DNA of 56,268 nt, from assembly GCA_946055095.1 (NCBI GenBank), contig CAMGEM010000001.1:1-56268 (forward strand), given 5' to 3'. Every line of letters starts with the position of its first letter. Position 1 is the first letter of the stretch. The notes beneath the pieces were generated by a model. The model did not search any database. It was given only the letters and a program-made list of their open reading frames with translations, and had not been told where the DNA came from. This stretch comes from an uncultured Parabacteroides sp. (lineage in GTDB: Bacteria > Bacteroidota > Bacteroidia > Bacteroidales > Tannerellaceae). Below are positions 49,436 to 56,268 of the stretch, one piece after another. Both the position numbers and the translations under genes were made by a program.

Positions 49436-52400
49436 TTATTTCTCCAATTGAGGAAGAATATTTTGCCAACATCGCCTAAAGGGAGCTGCAACAACCGCAC
49501 TCAAATCCAATTGATTGACCTGTGGGGTGCGAATACCCGGTTTCAGCTCTCCGCAGATGACCGTTACCTGTTGGTCGGTGATGACAGCACCCGCACCCGC
49601 CCGGGCAAGGGGCTCATGGCTACCTAACCGTTCCCATTGCTTGGTTTCGGTATCATACACTAACAGGTCGGTATTGAAGCGATACCATTCCACAGGGTGA
49701 CGCAGGTATTGGGCTGCCTCCGCACGCAAGCTATCCAAAGTGGCGGTATCTGCGGCTGCCTCCGCCGCTTTCAGGCGTAACGGACGATTAACCGCATCCG
49801 CGAACTTTTGGTAATTTACCCCTCCGAAATAGAGAATCCGATGAGCATCCCACAAGAGCGCATTGCCGCCCGTCAAGGTGCGTGGACCACCCTCCGCCAA
49901 TGGGGGCAGTTCGCTCTCCGTGCGCCACGTACGAGTAGCGGTATCGAAGGTAAGCAACTCCGTCGGCAGCAGGGCATCTTGATCACCCTCGATCGGTTGG
50001 AATCCACCCGCTAAATAGAGCTGTTGCGTTTCTCCATTACCCTTTGCGACCAAGACCGGTTGTACCCGACAGGCTCCTGGGAAATCGGGCAAAGCCTCCC
50101 AAGCAAGGGTGTTTTGCGTCAAATCGAGCCGATAGAGACTGCGGCAAGGCACTCCATTGGCATTCCCTCCCACCACGAAAAGCTGTCCGTCAGCGTATGC
50201 GGCAGCCATATTGTCCATCGTCACGGGCAGGGAGGGCAAGGTGTCGATCTCCAATGCGTCGCCTTGGGCAGAGACTGAGAGACGGATCACCTCCTTCAAG
50301 CCTCGCTCCGCATTGTTTCCACCGATGCAGATCACCCCCTCCGGCGTGCTCACGGCAGCACCATAGGCTACCGGTGTGGGTAGATGACCGATCATTTTCC
50401 AACCCTCCGAACCGAGCAGGAAGACCTCGTCGTAATAGCGTTTGGTTCCTCCCTCCGCTACCGGTTTATCCGGGAAGTTACATCCTCCAGCCACGATAAG
50501 CGACCCGTTGTGGGTCCCGGCAAAAGGGGCGGAGACACCTAATGCCTCACGCTGATCCACACCCGGCAGATCAGCCAATTTTGTCCATGCAGTCATAGGT
50601 TCAACTATTTTTGAATACGGATTTACGGAATCAGGTAAAATCTTGTCCGGGGAATAGATCAGTCCATCAACCGCCCGTTCGCCGTCAGGCGTGACACAGG
50701 CGAAGGTGAACATCCACTTCACCAATCGTACCTCCGGTGTACGAAAAGCACCCACCGGAAGTTTCAGCAGCACCTTGTTCCAGCCCTTTCTCAACTGGAT
50801 CGGTGTCGGTTTCCGAACGACGCAGTTCTCATTACCCAAGGGAATCTCGTTCGATAATTCCGTATGGGTAGCGGTCCATCTGGGTGGAGCGATCAGCTCG
50901 TCATTCACCCAGATATGGCTTCCCTTATAGTCCCACTCCCCTTGTCGAGGGGGAAGATCCTTCTCCGAGCGACTGTAATTCTGGAACTCAATCCAAGCGC
51001 CTACCTCTTGCGCTTGGGGCGAATAGATCCAAGTCCACGCATAGGCCGTGTGGTTCTCTTGCGGTTCAGCAAAAAAGCCGGGCACGGTCGTTCCCCATAC
51101 ATGGCGCAGGTAAATGCCCGCACCAATGGCCTCACGACTACCATAGGTTTTCCCTTGGTAGGTATAGCTGGGCTGCAACGCTGTCTCAGGTGGGAAGACA
51201 CGAGCTAAATCGCCCTCGTTCGGAAAGGCATCCGTGATACGCCACCTGACATCGGTTTGCCGCACATAGGCAAAGGGATAATCTGGCAGATCATGCGCTT
51301 TGCGATACAGCATTCGCCGCTCAAAATCGACGAAAGCCTGATGGGCTGGATCCGTAGGATCGAGAGGCAAGCAGGTACCGAACTGATCGAAATACTGGAA
51401 TCCACCACCTAACCACGTCCGTTCAGCCAGCGCCAGGAGATTGGGATAAAGGTTATTGGTGCGGATCAAATCCGTCTCTGGCAGTGTCAAACGGTCATGC
51501 CACACGGCTAAGATCGCACCCGCCAAATCGGGACTACCCTGCGGCTGATCGTAGATACGACTGGTATATAATCCGATCAGATCGGCAAAGGTGTCGAAAT
51601 GGTTGATGTAATGAAACCGACAATCAATGGCTGGAATACCCGGTTGCGCTTTCCCCCGATAGCTCCACAACTGGGTCATGTCGATCTCACCCGGCTGGTA
51701 GGTCCAACCGGGATTCCAAGAGATCACCTTCTTCCCTTTCGCCCGGATATAGGCCACCATCTCCGGCACGAAACGGGGATTGGTAAACTGCACCTCGTCG
51801 GTCCCAATATGCAGATAGGGCAACTCAGCGAACAGCTCACAGATCTCATCCAACAGCTGTTTCAGGATCGCCATCCCCTCCTCGCTTTGCATATCATGCC
51901 CCATTGCCTGCACGAAGGCGGCACTGTGCCCCGGCATGTCAATCTCAGGGATCAACAATACCTGTCGCTGTTGGCAATAGGCCATCAGCTCCTTCGCCTC
52001 GGCCATCGTGTAATATTGTCCTGGCATTCGGCTCATGTGGCAGCTATCGTTGAGTTGCGGAAACCGCTTGCTCTCCAACCGCCACGCCTGGTTCTCCGTC
52101 AGGTGCCAGTGGAACACATTCATCTTGTAGTTGGACAGCGCATCAATCTCCCGTTTCAGCTCCTCCATGGAGATATAGCTTCGCCCCACATCCTGCATCA
52201 ACCCCCGAAAGCGGAAGGCGGGCCAGTCAGTGATCTCCCCTTGGGGCAAGCTCCATACATCAGCCTCTCGCATAGAGAGCTGACGCAAAGTTTTGAATGC
52301 CCAATAAGCACCCTTCTCTGTGGTTGCTTGAATGGCTACTACCCGATCCGTGATCTGGATGCGATAAGCCTCCTCCTGGTTGAGAGCAGCTCCCTCGATG

Positions 52401-52660
52401 GAGTCAGTCAGCGTGATGCTGATCTGGTGGGCACTTCCCTCAGCGATGGGTAGAGACAACGCTTCGCAGAAGGCCACAGCCATAGCCGTCGTGGCAGGAT
52501 CTGCCTGCAGCGAGACCTGCTTTGCCTTAAAGAGGCGGTCATTCAACGCACAACGTTGAGGTTGGGGCAATAGCGCCAGTTTCCGGGGTTGTTCGGCCCC
52601 GGAAACTGCGCTCACAAAACATAGGCATAGGATTATAGATATAGCATAGATTCTCTTCAT
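49436..52660 (-). CDS. GH20 beta-N-acetylhexosaminidase fused to a Kelch NanM-like (cyclically permuted) mutarotase
   Basis: Signal peptide; D.P.F.FRG.M.D..R, FHWHLTE, PEIDMPGH, HIGTDE; C-terminal Kelch repeats AGGCNFP, IGG, VGG, AGG, FGG, GELKPGIRT. Confidence 0.85.
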   Translation of the reverse strand: MKRIYAISIILCLCFVSAVSGAEQPRKLALLPQPQRCALNDRLFKAKQVSLQADPATTAMAVAFCEALSLPIAEGSAHQISITLTDSIEGAALNQEEAYRIQITDRVVAIQATTEKGAYWAFKTLRQLSMREADVWSLPQGEITDWPAFRFRGLMQDVGRSYISMEELKREIDALSNYKMNVFHWHLTENQAWRLESKRFPQLNDSCHMSRMPGQYYTMAEAKELMAYCQQRQVLLIPEIDMPGHSAAFVQAMGHDMQSEEGMAILKQLLDEICELFAELPYLHIGTDEVQFTNPRFVPEMVAYIRAKGKKVISWNPGWTYQPGEIDMTQLWSYRGKAQPGIPAIDCRFHYINHFDTFADLIGLYTSRIYDQPQGSPDLAGAILAVWHDRLTLPETDLIRTNNLYPNLLALAERTWLGGGFQYFDQFGTCLPLDPTDPAHQAFVDFERRMLYRKAHDLPDYPFAYVRQTDVRWRITDAFPNEGDLARVFPPETALQPSYTYQGKTYGSREAIGAGIYLRHVWGTTVPGFFAEPQENHTAYAWTWIYSPQAQEVGAWIEFQNYSRSEKDLPPRQGEWDYKGSHIWVNDELIAPPRWTATHTELSNEIPLGNENCVVRKPTPIQLRKGWNKVLLKLPVGAFRTPEVRLVKWMFTFACVTPDGERAVDGLIYSPDKILPDSVNPYSKIVEPMTAWTKLADLPGVDQREALGVSAPFAGTHNGSLIVAGGCNFPDKPVAEGGTKRYYDEVFLLGSEGWKMIGHLPTPVAYGAAVSTPEGVICIGGNNAERGLKEVIRLSVSAQGDALEIDTLPSLPVTMDNMAAAYADGQLFVVGGNANGVPCRSLYRLDLTQNTLAWEALPDFPGACRVQPVLVAKGNGETQQLYLAGGFQPIEGDQDALLPTELLTFDTATRTWRTESELPPLAEGGPRTLTGGNALLWDAHRILYFGGVNYQKFADAVNRPLRLKAAEAAADTATLDSLRAEAAQYLRHPVEWYRFNTDLLVYDTETKQWERLGSHEPLARAGAGAVITDQQVTVICGELKPGIRTPQVNQLDLSAVVAAPFRRCWQNILPQLEK

Positions 52661-52672
52661 CCGAGCACCATC

Positions 52673-53920
52673 TCAATCATCCAATTTATTATCCACCTTC
52701 GGACGGAGGAAGATGAGCTGAACCACTAAAGCGATCAGCACCACTCCCGCCAACATCGCGAAGTCATGGCCCAAATTACCCGCATCGGTCGAACGACCCA
52801 AGAAATCCGTAATGACCGCTCCCGCAAAGACTCCGGTCATGTTCAGCAAGCCGTATGCCGTCGCCCGGTAACGGGGTGAGATGAATTGGCAAAGGATCGG
52901 CATGTTATTGGCATCGAAGATACCGAAGCCCAAGCCAAAGCAGAGACCTCCACCGACAATCATCGGGAAGGAATCCCCAAAGCCTAACAGCAGCAGGGCC
53001 GGGATGGTCAAGGCCAAACCGATCGCGCCGGTATAGACACGACCTCGCACGTTGCGCTGCACCCATTTGTCAGACAAGACACCGCCTATGATCACACCGC
53101 AGAAAGAGGCGAGGGCGATCGTGATCGTAGATAACGGACCGGCCTGCGCCATATCTAACGACAGGTTCTCAGAGAAGAGCGTAGGCAACCAGTTCTTGGT
53201 GGCCCAACCCGGCAAACTCGGGGTCGTGAAATAGAGCAGGATGATCCAGAAAGCGAACGTGGAGAAGATCACACCCAACCCCTTGATCGCACCACGCACG
53301 GGATGCTCTTGCAACGGCTGGCCGGCAACAGGGGCAGGCTGTTCCTCATTCTTCTTGTCATGCAGGAACAGGATCAAGACCAACGCATAGCCGATACCGA
53401 TCAAGCCGAAGGTGAAAAAGGCCTGTTCCCAACCATACCGACTGGCCACGGTTGCGCCGAAACCACCCAAGGCCTGTCCTAAATAAAGTCCGGTCATGTG
53501 GATGCCCACAGCTAACGAACGTGTTTTCTCTTGATGGTAATCGGTGATAAGCGACAGACCCGCAGGGATGTAAAGCGCCTCGCTAATACCCATCAATGCT
53601 CTCAGGTAATAGATCTGATTGAAATCGGTACAGAAACCCATCATCAGCGTGACGAATGACCATACAAACAGGCTACCGACGATCAGCCATTTACGGTTGA
53701 CACGGTCTGCGATCATTCCGGCCACGGGACTCATGAAACCATAAATCCATAGGAAGATAGACATTAACCGACCAAAGTTGGCAGCAGATTCCAACTCTAT
53801 AATATCGACCATCATGGCCGATTTCATCGTAGATAGCATTTGGCGATCCATGTAGTTGAGTAGGGCCACTACCCAAAGCAGCCCTACCACAACCCAAGGA
53901 TAATAAGTTTTATTCCTCAT
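52673..53920 (-). CDS. nanT: MFS transporter, Bacteroidales sialic acid permease
   Basis: LNYMDRQ, G.IADR.NRK, 12 TM; third gene of a nanL-nanE-nanT arrangement. Confidence 0.82.
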   Translation of the reverse strand: MRNKTYYPWVVVGLLWVVALLNYMDRQMLSTMKSAMMVDIIELESAANFGRLMSIFLWIYGFMSPVAGMIADRVNRKWLIVGSLFVWSFVTLMMGFCTDFNQIYYLRALMGISEALYIPAGLSLITDYHQEKTRSLAVGIHMTGLYLGQALGGFGATVASRYGWEQAFFTFGLIGIGYALVLILFLHDKKNEEQPAPVAGQPLQEHPVRGAIKGLGVIFSTFAFWIILLYFTTPSLPGWATKNWLPTLFSENLSLDMAQAGPLSTITIALASFCGVIIGGVLSDKWVQRNVRGRVYTGAIGLALTIPALLLLGFGDSFPMIVGGGLCFGLGFGIFDANNMPILCQFISPRYRATAYGLLNMTGVFAGAVITDFLGRSTDAGNLGHDFAMLAGVVLIALVVQLIFLRPKVDNKLDD

Positions 53921-55113
53921 TACTCAGCAGTTAATTCATCACATAATAAAGCGCATTTCATCAGCATTCTCGGGATATGGAACGGCCCCTTGAACAGGTT
54001 ACCCTTCGCCGGTTGTGAGACGCTGCCATCAAAATGCAAATAGCCATACCATTCACCAAACTCCCTGTCCGGAAAATGCTTGAAAGTGTACTCATTGATG
54101 AGTTGGTGCATTTCGAGGTATTTCGGATCCCTCGTCGCCTGGTAAGCATACAGCGTAGCGATGATCGCCTCGCACTGCGGCCACCAGAATTTCATGTCGT
54201 GCCAATAGTCCTGCGGCGGGAAATGCTTGCAATCCTTGAAGTAGTTGATACCTCCATATTGTTGGTCCCATCCCCAGTCCCACGACCAGTTAAAGATCTG
54301 CAAGCCCATCTCCGTGAGTTGCGGATCCCAGTTGCGATGCTTCGCCTCGTCCAAGATGAACCAAGCGGTCTCGATGGAATGGCCGGGATTGATGGTGCGA
54401 CCCGCCATCGTGTCGATGAACTCGCCGTTCGGCCCCACCGTCTCCAAGATCGCCTTGTATTCCGGATGAACAAAATCCTTGCGCAGCTCAGCGATGGACT
54501 CGTCGATCTGTTGGGTCAATACAGGGTCATCAATCGCCTCCCGGATGCGAGCAGCCGTGTCGATCAGGATCATGCAGAAAGAGTGTCCCTTCGCCACCAA
54601 TCCCTCCCTGAACTTCGGCTCCGTAGAGCCCGGGGTGTTCTTGTAGTGCAGGATCATCTTAAACAGCTCAACCGCCTTCTCCGCATAGCGCTTGTCGCCG
54701 GAAGCCAACGAGTAATGCGCCATAGCGATTGCCGCGAACGTCTCCGAAAAGAGATAACGACGTTTCCGTACGGGAACACCGTCCGCCGTGATCTCAAAAA
54801 ACATACGACCATCTTTGTCAAAGCAATACTTCTCGATGAAGTCAATGCCACTCTTGCAGGCCTCCAACCACGCCTCGTTCCGCTCGATGTGGTTGTATGC
54901 GTAGGCCAACACGAACGCGAATCGACCTTGGAACCAGACCGATTTGGTCGTATCCATCAGGTTACCCGCCCTGTCCAAGCAGGTAAAATAACCACCGTTC
55001 TCCTTGTCTAAGCCATACTTCATCCAGAATGGCATGATATGCTCTAAGAACTCCCGACGATAAGTCTCCCCCCATTGTTTCAGATACGCTGAGGGATTGT
55101 TAATTGGGTTCAT
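53920..55113 (-). CDS. nanE: AGE-family N-acylglucosamine 2-epimerase (Bacteroides-type NanE)
   Basis: GGYFTCLDR, KSVWFQGR, NPGH.IE..WF, KFWWPQCE, GEWYGYL, KGPFH.PR. Confidence 0.9.
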   Translation of the reverse strand: MNPINNPSAYLKQWGETYRREFLEHIMPFWMKYGLDKENGGYFTCLDRAGNLMDTTKSVWFQGRFAFVLAYAYNHIERNEAWLEACKSGIDFIEKYCFDKDGRMFFEITADGVPVRKRRYLFSETFAAIAMAHYSLASGDKRYAEKAVELFKMILHYKNTPGSTEPKFREGLVAKGHSFCMILIDTAARIREAIDDPVLTQQIDESIAELRKDFVHPEYKAILETVGPNGEFIDTMAGRTINPGHSIETAWFILDEAKHRNWDPQLTEMGLQIFNWSWDWGWDQQYGGINYFKDCKHFPPQDYWHDMKFWWPQCEAIIATLYAYQATRDPKYLEMHQLINEYTFKHFPDREFGEWYGYLHFDGSVSQPAKGNLFKGPFHIPRMLMKCALLCDELTAE

Positions 55114-55125
55114 AAACCTTTTAAT

Positions 55126-56043
55126 TTAAAATTTATTACATCTATCAAAGAAATGGATAGCCTCCAACTCCGCTTTCATGGCCGCCTCCTCGTCGTCCGT
55201 CAGGTTACGGAACGGCGTACGGTTCGGGCCAAGATCCAGACCGATCAACTTCATGATCCGTTTACCTCCGACGATGTTACCCCGGTAGCGGCAGATCACG
55301 TTAATCACCTCTTGCGAGAAATTCTGTCGCTCACGAGCCGTCTCCAAGTCACCGGCTGCCCATGCCTCCAAGATACCGGTCAGCACCTTGCCGTTGTAAT
55401 TGGTCGTACCACCAATGCCCCCTTGCGCACCGCCCATCGCCAAGCAGGGAAGGATCGTCTCATCCTGGCCATGCAGCATATCAAACTTACCCTCCTTATA
55501 CAACCGGCACTGGTTATACTCATACAGGCTCTCGTAGGTATATTTGATACCGGCAAAGTTAGGGATGCGTCCATCCACCGCTTTCAGAAAATCCAACATC
55601 GGCAAGTAAGCATTGTTAAATGCCGGGATGTGGTAGTAATAGAACGGCAGATGGGGGGCTCCGCAAGCGATCTCCTCGCAATACTTCACCAGCTCCTCGA
55701 TCCGTCCGATCCGTGGGAACGGCGTAGCCATCGCGCCAATGCCCCATGCACCAATCCGCTCAGCGTGTTGAGCCAGTCGGAAGCTGGATTTGACACACGT
55801 GCTACCCACATGAACGATCACCTTGAATCCCTCAGGCACCACACTGACCCATTTTTCTGCTAACCGCATTCGCTCCTCCTCGGTGAGCATATAGCCCTCA
55901 CCCGATGATCCATTGATGAACACACCTTTCAAACCATTCTTTACCAATAGGTTAGCATACGATTCAATAGGCTCGTAATTCACCTCGCCATCCGCAGAAA
56001 AGGGTGTAAATGGCGCATCTATCAGTCCAATAATCTTCTCCAT
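55126..56043 (-). CDS. nanA: N-acetylneuraminate lyase (Bacteroides NanL type)
   Basis: DapA/NanA fold; GSSGEG, YYHIP, Schiff-base GIKYT, G.DE, IGGTTN; operon with nanE and nanT. Confidence 0.9.
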   Translation of the reverse strand: MEKIIGLIDAPFTPFSADGEVNYEPIESYANLLVKNGLKGVFINGSSGEGYMLTEEERMRLAEKWVSVVPEGFKVIVHVGSTCVKSSFRLAQHAERIGAWGIGAMATPFPRIGRIEELVKYCEEIACGAPHLPFYYYHIPAFNNAYLPMLDFLKAVDGRIPNFAGIKYTYESLYEYNQCRLYKEGKFDMLHGQDETILPCLAMGGAQGGIGGTTNYNGKVLTGILEAWAAGDLETARERQNFSQEVINVICRYRGNIVGGKRIMKLIGLDLGPNRTPFRNLTDDEEAAMKAELEAIHFFDRCNKF

Positions 56044-56092
56044 TATTCTTATTAATTAATCCAACCTTAACTCATAATTTTTAAATATGCTA

Positions 56093-56123
56093 CAAATGTA
56101 AGTAAATACTTTTCAATAACAAA
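56093..56123 (-). promoter_or_regulatory. Canonical Bacteroidetes -33/-7 promoter of the nan operon
   Basis: Minus strand TTTG (56120-56123), 19-bp spacer, TACATTTG (56093-56100). Confidence 0.7.
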
Positions 56124-56268
56124 GCATCTTTCCCTATTTATTTTTCATTTTTTCGGGATCCTATCAAAGAAACAGCATAGTCCATCCAAATCCTAATGAA
56201 CAGTCTTCGCTATCAAGCCGTACCGACAACCAGGCTGCGGGAAACGCTCATTGCTTCCTAATCTTCCG

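Noticed and set aside
56160-56268. Possible gene fragment or ncRNA at the window end
   Set aside because: Too short, with no recognisable motif or convincing structure.

Overview
A 56-kb chromosomal window from a Bacteroidales bacterium, probably Parabacteroides/Tannerellaceae-like, judged from TAnnTTTG-type promoters, gene content and gene order. I found no rRNA, tRNA, CRISPR array, integrase or transposase. From left to right it carries: an EamA transporter; a GtrA/GtrB surface-glycosylation operon divergent from a fused ABC-ATPase/TOPRIM (DUF4435, PARIS AriAB-like) gene and an ArnT-like GT83; tandem nagA copies and a NagB-PIG-L fusion; a RelB-PIN toxin-antitoxin pair; xpt-pbuX; a His-rich leader ORF ending in RAPP upstream of a CxxC-plug TonB receptor; DUF4290-murA-rimM-M23-dxr-rseP; peptidases; an OmpR-type two-component system; dapA and ligA; a PAPS-synthesis and sulfotransferase operon; and a sialic acid nanL-nanE-nanT operon ending in a GH20-mutarotase fusion. 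The strongest leads are: (1) a candidate metal-sensing ribosome-arrest (RAPP) leader controlling a TonB receptor; (2) two copies, 25 kb apart, of an unexplained element of about 130 bp with five direct repeats at an exact 22-bp period plus one inverted copy; (3) the PARIS-like fusion with a non-canonical ATPase; (4) a catalytically degenerate NagB domain; and (5) the GH20-NanM fusion. All family calls come from motif recognition by eye, not database searches.
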